DNA from: a virus
Lineage: Duplodnaviria > Caudoviricetes
Length of the DNA stretch: 64,000 nt
IMG/VR virus record: IMGVR_UViG_2835163134_000004
Span: 1,570 to 65,569 of that record
Reading direction: 5' to 3' (one strand)
Below the pieces are notes generated by a model, which was not told where the DNA came from, did no database searches, and was given only the letters and a program-made list of their open reading frames with translations. The translations under genes were made by a program, and so were the position numbers. This document shows positions 33,343-42,964 of the stretch, one piece after another (the first letter of the stretch is position 1; each line of letters starts with the position of its first letter).

Positions 33343-34599
33343 ATGACTTCCGTTAGCCTGCACCAAGGCGATAACCGCGCCACGTTGCGCCGCCTGATCG
33401 ACCAAGGCATTCGGGTTCACTCCGTCGTGACTGATCCGCCGTATGGCCTCGTGTCGATCCAGAAGCGGTTCGGCAAAGCCGGTGCCAAGGCGGCCCGCAC
33501 CGATGGTAATGACGGCAGCTTCGGCCGTCTGTCAGGCGGGTTCATGGGCAAGGCGTGGGACGCGACCGAGATTGAGCGCGACCCAGAGTTCTGGCGCTTG
33601 GTCTGGGAAATCCTGCTGCCCGGTGGCTTCTGTTTCGCGTTCAGCGGCAGCAGGACGGGCCATTGGCAGGCTTGCGCCATGGAACTGGCGGGCTTTGTCA
33701 TGCACCCCATGCACGGCTGGGTATTCGGGACCGGCTTCCCGAAAGGCCACAATCCGAAGGTTCCCGGCTTCGAAGGCTGGGTCCACGGGACGCAGAGCCA
33801 AAAGCCTGCACTGGAACCGATCTATCTGGCCCAGAAACCGTTCAGTGAGACGACCGGCGCGGCGAACCTGCTGCGCCACGGTGTCGGGGCGGTGAATATC
33901 GACGGGTGCCGGGTGGAATATGCCGGGGCTGCGGATCAAGCCGGTGCCGTGCCCCAGGGCCGGGCCACGGCCAAAGTGGGGGCGCTGGCAGGCAAAACGC
34001 AGAACGATGCGGAGCGCACCGAATTTGTGCCGGATAACAGCAAGGGCCGCTATCCCGCCAACCTGATCCTCGACGGTTCGCCGGAAGTGGTGGCGCTGTT
34101 TCCGAACACCACGGCAGCAAAAGCCGGAAAGCGCAATGCTGCCAAGGCAGGCGGAGTTTATGGCGACTATGCTGGCGATGACGCGCCCCGCATGGGTCAT
34201 TCCGACAACGGCGGATCGGCCGCCCGCTTCTTCCACCACTTCCCGCCCGACGCCGATCCGGTGATCTATCACGGCAAAGCCGGGAAAGCCGACCGGGCCG
34301 GATCGAAGCACCCCACGGTGAAGCCCGTGGCCCTCATGCAATACCTGATCCGGCACATCACCCCTCCGGGCGGCACGGTCCTTGATCCCTTTGCGGGCAG
34401 CGGCACTACGGCCGAAGCGGCGCGGCGCGAAGGCTTTGACTGCATCCTCATGGAAGCCGAAGCCGAGTATTGCGACTTCCTGCGCCAGCGGTTCGGTCTG
34501 TCGCGCCCCGGCGCCGCGTTCGACTTTTCCGATCTTCTGGGCCGCGATCCTGACGTGCCCCGGTCCAGTGAAACCATGTTCAAGGAGATTTTGGGATGA
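33343..34599 (+). CDS. Orphan N6-adenine/N4-cytosine DNA methyltransferase (beta class)
   Basis: Catalytic VTDPPYG precedes HPTVKP and SAM-binding VLDPFAGSGTT; no cognate nuclease adjacent. Confidence 0.92.
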   Translation: MTSVSLHQGDNRATLRRLIDQGIRVHSVVTDPPYGLVSIQKRFGKAGAKAARTDGNDGSFGRLSGGFMGKAWDATEIERDPEFWRLVWEILLPGGFCFAFSGSRTGHWQACAMELAGFVMHPMHGWVFGTGFPKGHNPKVPGFEGWVHGTQSQKPALEPIYLAQKPFSETTGAANLLRHGVGAVNIDGCRVEYAGAADQAGAVPQGRATAKVGALAGKTQNDAERTEFVPDNSKGRYPANLILDGSPEVVALFPNTTAAKAGKRNAAKAGGVYGDYAGDDAPRMGHSDNGGSAARFFHHFPPDADPVIYHGKAGKADRAGSKHPTVKPVALMQYLIRHITPPGGTVLDPFAGSGTTAEAARREGFDCILMEAEAEYCDFLRQRFGLSRPGAAFDFSDLLGRDPDVPRSSETMFKEILG

Positions 34600-34820
34600 G
34601 CGTTGAGAGGTATTCAGATACCGTCGCTCTGGTGTGCGACGCTTGCGGTGTCACAACGCCGCGCCGCGATGCCGACGAGTTTCAGGACTTGGTGGACGAA
34701 GCAAAGGCCGATGGCTGGCGTGTCACGCGCCGCGATGGGGTATGGCAACACCACTGTGACGCCTGCGACGAAGAAACCAGTGCCTTGGATCAAGCCCGGC
34801 GCAAATTCGGGCTTAGGTGA
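34596..34820 (+). CDS. Small Zn-binding protein
   Basis: CDACG...HHCDAC; last gene of the rightward region. Confidence 0.7.
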   Translation: MSVERYSDTVALVCDACGVTTPRRDADEFQDLVDEAKADGWRVTRRDGVWQHHCDACDEETSALDQARRKFGLR

Positions 34821-34894
34821 GAGTAGGGCCGGATTCGAACCGGCGACCTCTCGATTTCCAATCAAGCACGCTAACCAGACTGCGCTACCCACTG
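34820..34894 (-). tRNA. tRNA-like element, Pro-type body with GGA anticodon (pseudo or undetermined)
   Basis: Minus strand CAGTGGG TA GCGC AGTCTGGTTA GCGT G CTTGA TTGGAAA TCGAG AGGTC GCCGG TTCGAAT CCGGC CCTACTC T folds as a cloverleaf; C1:C72 mismatch; no encoded CCA. Confidence 0.8.
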
Positions 34895-34966
34895 ATAGTT
34901 TCCGAAGAAACCAGAGCGAAGTGTATGTGCCGTAACACAACGCTTCAGTCAAGCGGCTTCCCGCTG

Positions 34967-35173
34967 CTACCTCACACCTTGATCCACCTCGACCGGGGCG
35001 AAATACGGGCCAACGCCCCAAACGGCCCGCACCGTGGCTGACACGCAACCGCTCGGCATGTGCAAGCCCACCACGATGATGAGGGACGCGACGACCCAGG
35101 TTCGGGCTTCACCTTCGAGCCATGTGCGGATCGGCCGGTCGGCATAGTCCGTTCTGCGGATCATCATGGTCAT
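34967..35173 (-). CDS. Small membrane protein of the lysis cassette
   Basis: Hydrophobic segment; coupled to the upstream holin-like gene. Confidence 0.55.
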   Translation of the reverse strand: MTMMIRRTDYADRPIRTWLEGEARTWVVASLIIVVGLHMPSGCVSATVRAVWGVGPYFAPVEVDQGVR

Positions 35174-35538
35174 CCCTCCTTGCGGTCCACGCGGCGCAAG
35201 GTGGCGTTGAACACGGCCAAGACGAATTTGCCGCTGGACATGCCGAGGATGCCGACCGCGAAATACGCCGAGCCTTCCAACCCGGCCGAGTCGATGGGGT
35301 AAAACGGGTTCTGTTCCATGAAGCGGATCGCGGCCGGGCCGAAATAGGTGGCGCAGATCGAGCCGGTCAGCACGGCCAGCAGGCCCCGGACGAGGTGGAA
35401 CTTTTCGTCCATCAGGTGCCGGATCAGGCCGCCCGCCGCGCCCGCCGTCATGGCCCGGCCCGTCTCACCGAACAGCCATCCCGCCAAGGCGCTGCCGCTG
35501 ATCAACAGCGTGTCGAAAATGGAGTTCCCGTTATCCAA
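35170..35538 (-). CDS. Putative holin
   Basis: About three hydrophobic helices and a basic C-terminus; TTG start inferred; downstream of the endolysin. Confidence 0.6.
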   Translation of the reverse strand: MDNGNSIFDTLLISGSALAGWLFGETGRAMTAGAAGGLIRHLMDEKFHLVRGLLAVLTGSICATYFGPAAIRFMEQNPFYPIDSAGLEGSAYFAVGILGMSSGKFVLAVFNATLRRVDRKEG

Positions 35539-35566
35539 TGCGCCGGTCCTTCGTCTGCCGCGTGTC

Positions 35567-35890
35567 TCAGAACTTCGACTGCACCAGGGTCCGCAGCACG
35601 GCATCGGTCGGCCCGAGGCGGCCCAGAGCATCCGGCACCGAAGCCTTGGCGTGCTTCAGCGCCATAGCGATGGCCGTGTCGCCCGTAAGCCCGGCCCGCA
35701 GCGCGGCCCGCAGCCCGGTTTCCAACGCGCTGTGCAGCACGTCCTTGTCCTTCTGTTCCAGCTTGACGTTCAGCCAGCGGTCCAGCAGCCGTTCCACGGC
35801 CATACCGGCTTTGACCAGCACGCCGAGCGTGACAGCGACGAGAACTTCGGTGATGTGCGGCGCGGTGGCTTGAAGGAATGTTTCCAGCAT
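35567..35890 (-). CDS. Putative holin or lysis accessory protein (one TM helix)
   Basis: EVLVAVTLGVLVKAG helix; directly after the endolysin. Confidence 0.55.
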   Translation of the reverse strand: MLETFLQATAPHITEVLVAVTLGVLVKAGMAVERLLDRWLNVKLEQKDKDVLHSALETGLRAALRAGLTGDTAIAMALKHAKASVPDALGRLGPTDAVLRTLVQSKF

Positions 35891-35894
35891 CGGT

Positions 35895-36569
35895 TCAGAC
35901 CTCGTTGGTGGTGATGCCAGCCGCGCCCGCCGTCATGCGGGGCAGGGGCGTTCTCGGCGTGGCGGGGGTGGCCGTCGCGGGCCAGCGGGACGCCAGCAGC
36001 CGGGACTTGGCGATCCGGCTCACGTTGACCGCGTTGTTCTGGTTGCCGCCGAGGCAGAAGAAATAGGCGTCGTCCTGGCCCACGGCGAAGGCGACATGGC
36101 CCCCGCCGCCGCTGCGTTCAAAGACCAGCACGCAGCCATAGCAAGGTTCGCAGGCCGTGCCGAACAGCGCCCAATTGCGCGCCCAATAGGGGTTGGCGCC
36201 CAGCGCGCCGCTGAACGGCTCGGCGGGCAGGCTGTTCTTGATCGCCGTCTCGGTGAAATCGCCACACCACGGCAGGGCCTTGGGGTCGCCCAGCGTCTTG
36301 CCGTCGCTTCTGAGCCACGCCTTCAGCGCGGCGTTGTCCCGCGTTTCGTGAAGCCCCAGCACGGTCTTGGCCTCCGTGATCCACGGCGGGTCGAGAAGGT
36401 CTTTTGCGGCCCAGCCGGTTTGCGGCACAGCCGCGCCGCCGTTGCGCCTCAGGGCGTCAATCGCGCCCAAGGTCTTCGGCCCCCAGATGCCGTCTTCACC
36501 GCCAGGGTCATAGCCTTCGAGCGACAAGCCCTGCTGGATCAGTCCAATGCCTTCGCGTCTCGACGCCAT
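35895..36569 (-). CDS. Endolysin: peptidoglycan-binding domain plus NlpC/P60-CHAP-like (TIGR02594-type) peptidase
   Basis: QQGL...GYDPG..DGIWGPKT; PWCGDF (catalytic Cys), GHVAF (His) and LGGNQNNAV. Confidence 0.88.
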   Translation of the reverse strand: MASRREGIGLIQQGLSLEGYDPGGEDGIWGPKTLGAIDALRRNGGAAVPQTGWAAKDLLDPPWITEAKTVLGLHETRDNAALKAWLRSDGKTLGDPKALPWCGDFTETAIKNSLPAEPFSGALGANPYWARNWALFGTACEPCYGCVLVFERSGGGGHVAFAVGQDDAYFFCLGGNQNNAVNVSRIAKSRLLASRWPATATPATPRTPLPRMTAGAAGITTNEV

Positions 36570-36659
36570 AGTGACCACCTCTTGATCATCCGTTTGGTGT
36601 TCATACCACATAAGGTTGATCTTGCGCCACAGCGAAGTGGCCGTGGCGCGCAGCGGGGG

Positions 36660-37163
36660 TCAGAACCCCGTATTGAACCAGTTGTAATCCGACGTTGACC
36701 AAGAGCCTCGCGGAGTCTCCGTTCCGCCGAACCACGTTACTGCGTCGTCCGACCAAATGAACCGAAAGGTTTCCGGCATGTAGAGCGTAAAGGACTGCGG
36801 CATAAGGCCCATCGCCGCGACTGTCACTTCACTGGCGAATGTGCCCCATATTTTCACCCTAGCAGTTGACGGAAGTGAGGTAGACAACCACTGTGCGTAT
36901 GTCGTGGAGTTGGTGTAGAGGTCCGTAAGGCTGTTGTTTGACGGACCAATATCAGAGTGGATATTGTTGGCAGATGCGAGGTTTTGCGTATGGACCCCAG
37001 AAACAAAATTCCACTGTATCGACCGCATCCTAAGCGTCTCAGGGGCACCGTCAGACCCTGAAAGGAGTTCGACTCCCCAATGCTTCCATGTCGTCTTGAC
37101 GGGCGGTGCCCCCGCCAGCTTACGAGACGATGCCACGCATCCATAGATCGCGGAAAATGTCAT
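36660..37163 (-). CDS. Low-GC tail-associated protein (possible receptor-binding or fibre-tip partner)
   Basis: ATGA-coupled to the tail fibre; visibly lower GC; beta-rich sequence. Confidence 0.65.
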   Translation of the reverse strand: MTFSAIYGCVASSRKLAGAPPVKTTWKHWGVELLSGSDGAPETLRMRSIQWNFVSGVHTQNLASANNIHSDIGPSNNSLTDLYTNSTTYAQWLSTSLPSTARVKIWGTFASEVTVAAMGLMPQSFTLYMPETFRFIWSDDAVTWFGGTETPRGSWSTSDYNWFNTGF

Positions 37164-38659
37164 ACCGACGCCTCCAAATCACCGAAGATAACCCAGAGGT
37201 CGGACCAGATTTTCACCAGCGTGACAACCGAACCCACGGCACGAGTCGCGGCGTTGAAATCGGCCGGGACTTGCAACGTGGCACCACTCCCTGCGACGAA
37301 CGTAACTCCCCCGGTGCTGTGCTGACGCACCATCACGCTGAACCCGGTCGGCAGGTTTTCCGTGGCATCGGCTGGCACAGTAATCGTGGTGGATGTGCTC
37401 GTGTTATAGTGCATTAGTTGCCCGAGGTCCGATGCGGTGATGGTGTGCGCCGTGGCGGTGCTCATGGCGGTGGCAATCAGTGCGGCGCTGGTAGGCGGAT
37501 CGACCCAGACCAGCCCATCGCCAGCGCCGTTCACAGCGAGACGCTTCGCGGCATCCGGTGCGCCATATGTCGGCAGAGCCTCGGGCGGATCGACCCATTC
37601 CACCGCATCCTCGGTCGCATTGACCGCAAGGTGTTTCCCGGTGTTCCCAACGAACGAAGGTAGCGAAGTGCCGCCCCCGGTTTCATCGGTGGCCCATTCC
37701 ACCCCGTCTTCGGTCGCGTTGACCTTCAGGACTTTGCCGGTGTTCCCGGCATAGCCCGGCAGCGTCGTGCCCCCGCCGCCCGTTTCATCGGTGGCCCATT
37801 CCGTCGCGTCGCCCGTGGCGTTGACCTTCAGCACATTCCCGGCCTGGGCGGCGGAATAGGAAGGCAGGGTGTCACCCGTGCCGTCAACACCCCACTCCGT
37901 CGCATCGCCAGTGCCATTGACCTTCAGCACGCGGCCCGCCTCCGACACGGAATAGGAAGGCAGGGTGTCGCCCGTGCCGTCAACGCCCCATTCCACGCCG
38001 TCACCCGTGGCGTTGACCTTCAGCACTTGCCCCGCCTCCGGCACGCCGTATGACGGCAGTTCGGCTTCGAGGGTGAACCATTCCGTCGCGTCGCCCGTCG
38101 CGTTGACCCGCAGCACTTGCCCGATCTGGGGCGCGCCGTAGGACGGCAGGCCGGTGAGGCTGGCCCATGCCAGTTCGGTGCCGTCGCCCGTGACGCTGAG
38201 GAACTGGCCGAGTTGGCCCGCGCCATAGGCCGGAATCTCGGGGTTCGCGGGCACCCATTCCAGCGCGTCGCCGGTCTCGGTGATCCGCAGCACCATCCCG
38301 GCTTGCGGCTCACCGAAGGCAGGAAGATCGGTGGCCTGGACGGACCACGCCGCACCTGAGAACCGCCACAATGTGTTGGTCGGCGTCTCCCAGGCCGTAA
38401 TGCCGGGCGGCGCACTGAGTTTCACCCAGACCCCGTTGTCTCTCGCCCAAACCTTCATGGCGTCGGCGCCATCCAGCACGATGTAGATCATACCGTCGGT
38501 CGGCGCGCCCGGCAGTTCGGCTTCGTCCACCACGCCGTTGACGCTGAGGGCCGACAGGATGGACACGGTTCGAAGGTTGGCGTTCATAGCGTCGCCCCAA
38601 CCATCTTCAGATTCAAGCCACGCGCCGGTCAGGCCCAGCCCAGGGAATTGTCTTGCCAT
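37160..38659 (-). CDS. Tail fibre (DUF2793-like N-terminus, nine internal repeats)
   Basis: N-terminal GLGLTGAW...GWGDAMNANLR; nine LP.Y....G.VL.VNATGD..EW repeats. Confidence 0.82.
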   Translation of the reverse strand: MARQFPGLGLTGAWLESEDGWGDAMNANLRTVSILSALSVNGVVDEAELPGAPTDGMIYIVLDGADAMKVWARDNGVWVKLSAPPGITAWETPTNTLWRFSGAAWSVQATDLPAFGEPQAGMVLRITETGDALEWVPANPEIPAYGAGQLGQFLSVTGDGTELAWASLTGLPSYGAPQIGQVLRVNATGDATEWFTLEAELPSYGVPEAGQVLKVNATGDGVEWGVDGTGDTLPSYSVSEAGRVLKVNGTGDATEWGVDGTGDTLPSYSAAQAGNVLKVNATGDATEWATDETGGGGTTLPGYAGNTGKVLKVNATEDGVEWATDETGGGTSLPSFVGNTGKHLAVNATEDAVEWVDPPEALPTYGAPDAAKRLAVNGAGDGLVWVDPPTSAALIATAMSTATAHTITASDLGQLMHYNTSTSTTITVPADATENLPTGFSVMVRQHSTGGVTFVAGSGATLQVPADFNAATRAVGSVVTLVKIWSDLWVIFGDLEASV

Positions 38660-38695
38660 GGTATTTCATGCTCCAAGTTTCGGTTCGGGCTTGGA

Positions 38696-41638
38696 TCAGC
38701 CCCAATTATTGCCCCAATCCAGGCCCCAACCCGCAGCAAGGCCGATGCGGACATAGCGCCGGGCATTCTGGATCGACTCGTAACCGTCATGCACCGCCAC
38801 GAACTCGACCCAGCCTTTCCGGGCCGAGCCGAAGTCGGCGGCGGGGAAGGTGTGGCTCGTCCCGGTGAGGCCGGGGTATTCAGTCAGCAGACTGCCCCCG
38901 AGGTCATAGATGCGGATCGTGGTGGTCTGGCCCGCTTCGATGCCGGTGGACGGCGCGTCCCAACGCGGCTGAAGCGCGTCCTCGTCAAGCCTGTTCCGGT
39001 TCGACCACGACACGGTTATGTTGGTGGGATACGGCTCGGTTTCAAACAGGGCTTGCGCAAACCCGAAGCCCGTTCCGCCGTTCATCACTTGGCAGTTTGC
39101 GGGCCGGATCGGGGCGTGAAGCCGGGGCAGAACCTCGCCGTAAAACACGGTGTCGGCTTCGCTGAGATGAAGGCGCTGGCCCGCTACGCGCGGCAGGAAG
39201 CGCAGATCGAGGCCGTCAAGTCCGGGGATGAGCAGCGTGTCAATCGCGTCACTCGCGCTTGATGGCAGGCGCCACAGCAGCGTCCCGGCATCCCATTGCC
39301 GTGGGATGGTGTCGAACATGCCGCGTGTCACGTCCCATTCTTGGGCCGATATGTTGAAGGAATCGAGCCGGATGATTTCGGACCCCAGATCGCCTTGGCC
39401 CAGCATGAGGAAGTCGCCGGGAAAGATGAAGCCGTGGCCCATTTCGTCAATCAGTTCGCGGGGCAATACAGATTCAACTTCTTGCGCCATAGCGAATGGC
39501 AGTTCGCGCGCTTCGCACTCACCGACCCGACCCGAGTTCCGCCAGTAGGGGAAGCCCGACACAAGTTCAGTGTCGGTGTGAATCCACACCTCAATATCAT
39601 TGGGGTTCATGTCGGGGTGCGACGCCATGGGAACAACGATCTGCCCCGGTGCGTTCTGCTCGATCTGTTCCGGCGTTGCGCCACCGAGGATCGCCATGGG
39701 GTAGGGCAGGGCAATGGCGGTCTGGTGGATCATCGGCACGGGGCGTTGCGGCGCCTCCGGCAAAAGCCGGTCCTGCGGCGTGCGATACACGGTATGGCTG
39801 ACGCTGAAAATGTCCTCCACCACGGTCACAACGAGATTGCGGTCCTGCGGCGTGCCGGGCTGCACCGTCATCACGCGGATCACCATGTCCTCAATTTCCT
39901 CGTCGGGGTAATTGAGGCGGAACACCGCGCCGGGCCGAACGGCCCAGAACTTGCGGCTCAGGCGCAGCGTTCCGCTCCACAGCGGATAGCCGACCTCAGC
40001 CACGTCGCGGTCGGCGAGGGCCTGGGCCAGATTGGCGTTGCGCACCATGTAGTAATTCCGGCTATCGCTGGAAATCCCGCTCTGGATCGCCAACGCAGCG
40101 TTATTGTGAGCCGTGACCGTGGCGCTTTCCTCGGTGGTCGGGTCGGTATAGGTCACAACGATTTCGTTGGTGACTTCACTCCAAAGGCGCCTGCGGCCCT
40201 CGGTGATTTCGCATTCCGACGGCCCGATGATCGTAAGGCCGCCAATATCATAATCGTTGCGCAGCAACTTGATGTTCCAACGCGCGTCAACCGGGTCTTG
40301 GAACATCAGGGCCTTGATGTGGTCAATCACTTCCTTGGCGATTGTCTCACCATCGGCTTGTTCCATCCATTTGAAGCTGATGCCAAAGCGTTCGTTGAAC
40401 AGGGTTTGCGACGCGGCTTGAAAACTGACCTCATTCATCTGGGACACATCTTCACCGAGGCCCCAATCCTTGTTGATGAACAATTCCCAAAGGAAGTTCG
40501 CCGGATTGGCGTCTGGCAGCATTCCGCCTTCCGCAATTGCGCAATGCGTGTATTCCAGCCCAGACCAGTTGACCTTTACGGTTTTCTCTGGCGTGGAGAC
40601 GTATGAACTGCCGGGCCACGGGCGGTATCCATAGTATTGCCGGATGAACCTCGTTCCGGGCGGAATTGGCCAGTTGCGATCAATAGTGTTTTTGCCACCG
40701 CTGTTGCGCCCAACTGTGGCATAAAATTTCGGATAAGTGCTTATCAATTCGCCGGGTTCAAACGCGCCAGTTTCCGGGTTTGTTTCACCGCCGTAAAACC
40801 AGACATAGTATTGCGTAACGCCGAGGCCATCGACCCTTCCGCTGTTGCTCTGGAACTCGGAAACCAGGAACACGTCGAGGTGCGCAAGGCCAGCGTCAAT
40901 TTCTTCAATCGACGGTCTTTTGTCGTTCGTGACGGAAAGCGGCTCGGCGGTATCCCCGTCGGCCGGAACTTTGGTCCTGTAATACTCGCCTTGGATGAAG
41001 CCGGGGTTTTCGAACTCCACGCCGCAATACACGTTTTCATAGGTGGAAATGCGGCTGAACGATCCGATTGGTTCGGCAGGCCCGATCCCCGGAATGGTGA
41101 TCCCGTTCGACAGGATCACCGGCATTTCGTAGGTATTTCCGTCAGGAACCAGTGGGATATTCCATCCGTTCGTCATGTCTGGTTCCGGCTCACCGAGCGG
41201 CCAGATAGCGGCGTAATCGTCATTCAGTTCGCGGAACAGCTTCGTAACCGAAACGTCGAGCGACGGCACATAGGGGTTATTCGTCACCCATTTGAAACCG
41301 GCTTCGAACATGCCGCGAAAAAACAGAGACGCAATCCCGCGATAGCCCGGCGCCGTTGCCGGGGTCAGCCCCATGCGCTTGGCGAGGGGTTCGGATGCCA
41401 CCTGATCGAAGGTGCCGGGATAGCATTCGACAATGCCGCGAACCCCGCCTTCTTTCCCGTCACCGCCAAATACTTCCGGCAGATCAATGCACACATCGCG
41501 GCGTTCCGTGACGGCGCCGCACCAAACCCGCTTGTCCTTGATGCGGACCTGGTTGATCGAATCAATCGGCCCGTGGCAGATCGCATAGTGGACGCTAAGC
41601 TGGTAGTCGTAGACCTTGACGCTGTTCTTACCGCCCAT
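38696..41638 (-). CDS. Tail tip / central baseplate-hub protein (GTA/Chi-like putative tail protein)
   Basis: HYAICHGPID...CYPGTFDQ...PGYRG, DANPANFL and LKLLRNDY; position after the DUF2163-like gene. Confidence 0.82.
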   Translation of the reverse strand: MGGKNSVKVYDYQLSVHYAICHGPIDSINQVRIKDKRVWCGAVTERRDVCIDLPEVFGGDGKEGGVRGIVECYPGTFDQVASEPLAKRMGLTPATAPGYRGIASLFFRGMFEAGFKWVTNNPYVPSLDVSVTKLFRELNDDYAAIWPLGEPEPDMTNGWNIPLVPDGNTYEMPVILSNGITIPGIGPAEPIGSFSRISTYENVYCGVEFENPGFIQGEYYRTKVPADGDTAEPLSVTNDKRPSIEEIDAGLAHLDVFLVSEFQSNSGRVDGLGVTQYYVWFYGGETNPETGAFEPGELISTYPKFYATVGRNSGGKNTIDRNWPIPPGTRFIRQYYGYRPWPGSSYVSTPEKTVKVNWSGLEYTHCAIAEGGMLPDANPANFLWELFINKDWGLGEDVSQMNEVSFQAASQTLFNERFGISFKWMEQADGETIAKEVIDHIKALMFQDPVDARWNIKLLRNDYDIGGLTIIGPSECEITEGRRRLWSEVTNEIVVTYTDPTTEESATVTAHNNAALAIQSGISSDSRNYYMVRNANLAQALADRDVAEVGYPLWSGTLRLSRKFWAVRPGAVFRLNYPDEEIEDMVIRVMTVQPGTPQDRNLVVTVVEDIFSVSHTVYRTPQDRLLPEAPQRPVPMIHQTAIALPYPMAILGGATPEQIEQNAPGQIVVPMASHPDMNPNDIEVWIHTDTELVSGFPYWRNSGRVGECEARELPFAMAQEVESVLPRELIDEMGHGFIFPGDFLMLGQGDLGSEIIRLDSFNISAQEWDVTRGMFDTIPRQWDAGTLLWRLPSSASDAIDTLLIPGLDGLDLRFLPRVAGQRLHLSEADTVFYGEVLPRLHAPIRPANCQVMNGGTGFGFAQALFETEPYPTNITVSWSNRNRLDEDALQPRWDAPSTGIEAGQTTTIRIYDLGGSLLTEYPGLTGTSHTFPAADFGSARKGWVEFVAVHDGYESIQNARRYVRIGLAAGWGLDWGNNWG

Positions 41639-41846
41639 TTGCTTGTGCCGCCTCTTTTTTAGCCGTCTCGATCATCATTTTAAGACCGGCATCTTCGATA
41701 TGCTCCAATTCGGACGCCGGGATACCTTCCTGCACGAATCGTTTGAAGTCTATCCCAAGTTCTCTTGCCTTTCTTCGCAGCCCGCGAAAGCAGAAATCGT
41801 ATTCCGCCGTTCGGCTGTGGCGCGGATGAACCCGAACCTCCGTCAT
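41628..41846 (-). CDS. Small tail assembly protein
   Basis: FC.RG.R......GIDF..FV.EGI pattern seen in Chi-like tail modules; ATGA-coupled. Confidence 0.65.
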   Translation of the reverse strand: MTEVRVHPRHSRTAEYDFCFRGLRRKARELGIDFKRFVQEGIPASELEHIEDAGLKMMIETAKKEAAQANGR

Positions 41847-42088
41847 TTCTTCGACCCGGTGTCCGCTTTGCGGTGAACCGACAGCTTGTCCCAATGGCCG
41901 AGGTTGTTCAGCCCGGAAATTCTCACGCTGCCGACCACCACTGGAATAGGCCGACCGGCTTCCGCAGTAGGGTCTTCGAGGTCTTCCGTCGCGGGTGGCT
42001 TTTCCTGCTTCACGCCGGGTTGAAGCAGGAACCCCACGAAGGACCAGGCAAAGCCGATGATCAGGTTGGTGAGAAATGGAAGGGGCAT
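41843..42088 (-). CDS. Small tail protein
   Basis: PTAEAGRPIPVVVGSVRISGLN pattern. Confidence 0.7.
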   Translation of the reverse strand: MPLPFLTNLIIGFAWSFVGFLLQPGVKQEKPPATEDLEDPTAEAGRPIPVVVGSVRISGLNNLGHWDKLSVHRKADTGSKK

Positions 42089-42097
42089 TTCATGGCC

Positions 42098-42961
42098 TCA
42101 GTCGTATATGTTTTTGCCGATGGGGTTTTCAATCGGAATGAAGGGTTGGCCGCCATAGTTCTGCACGTTGTCATGCAATTCGGAACACGCCGAAAAGCTG
42201 TGCGGGCAACCCAAATAAATCGACACGGTATTGCCAGCGGTCAAATAACGGGTCGGCCCCATAAGGGTGACGGTGTTTTCCGATGCGGCGAGTATCGCGC
42301 GGTATTCCGTGCCGCTGTCCCCATTCCATTCCACGACGCCGCCGATATAGTCCGAAGGCGTCACGCCGGGCTTCATCCAGCCCGGATCGAGGCTCAGCGT
42401 TGTGCCCGCAATGCCTGCCACCGCGCCCGTGGTCATTGCGGCGCCTTTGTCAGCCAGGCATCGCGGGCCATAGAGGACATGGGGGCACGAAAGCTGGTAG
42501 TTCCGCCGAAGTCCGGGCCGCTTCAGCGAGTTGCCGAGCGGGCTGCACGACAGTTTGCGCATCTCGCCGTCCAGCGAACCTTCGTTGACCTTGCCGATGA
42601 AGGCCACGGGGAAATTCTCCCCGGTTTGCCACGATGATGGGGTGGCAGGATCAGCGACATTGCCTTTGAACACGGTCAGCCGAACCATGAAACTTGGCGG
42701 AAAGTATGCGAACAGCCGCCCTATATCCGTGGATTTCGGCAAGCGGACTTCGATTTCGGCGCTGCTTGAATCGAGTGCGCCACTGATCTTCTGGCTGTCC
42801 CGATCAATCGGGATGGGCTGGTATTCCACGTCGTTGAACGTGATCGGTGCCAGCGCATTGGTATAGGCGCGGAACGCTTCGGCGGCCTCACCGTATCGAA
42901 ACAGGAACAGTTCGACCGGGTTTGCCCCGACCCGCGATGCTTCGTAATCGTTATACGACAC
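42098..42961 (-). CDS. Tail protein with Fe-S-type Cys motif (DUF2163/BR0599-like, lambda gpL analogue)
   Basis: RRNYQLSCPHVLYGPRC and GCPHSFSACSELHDN..NYGG.PFIP. Confidence 0.85.
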   Translation of the reverse strand: MSYNDYEASRVGANPVELFLFRYGEAAEAFRAYTNALAPITFNDVEYQPIPIDRDSQKISGALDSSSAEIEVRLPKSTDIGRLFAYFPPSFMVRLTVFKGNVADPATPSSWQTGENFPVAFIGKVNEGSLDGEMRKLSCSPLGNSLKRPGLRRNYQLSCPHVLYGPRCLADKGAAMTTGAVAGIAGTTLSLDPGWMKPGVTPSDYIGGVVEWNGDSGTEYRAILAASENTVTLMGPTRYLTAGNTVSIYLGCPHSFSACSELHDNVQNYGGQPFIPIENPIGKNIYD

Positions 42962-42964
42962 GGC

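Noticed and set aside
34967-35890. Spanin pair (Rz/Rz1)
   Set aside because: No lipobox-containing or nested ORF could be identified by eye.
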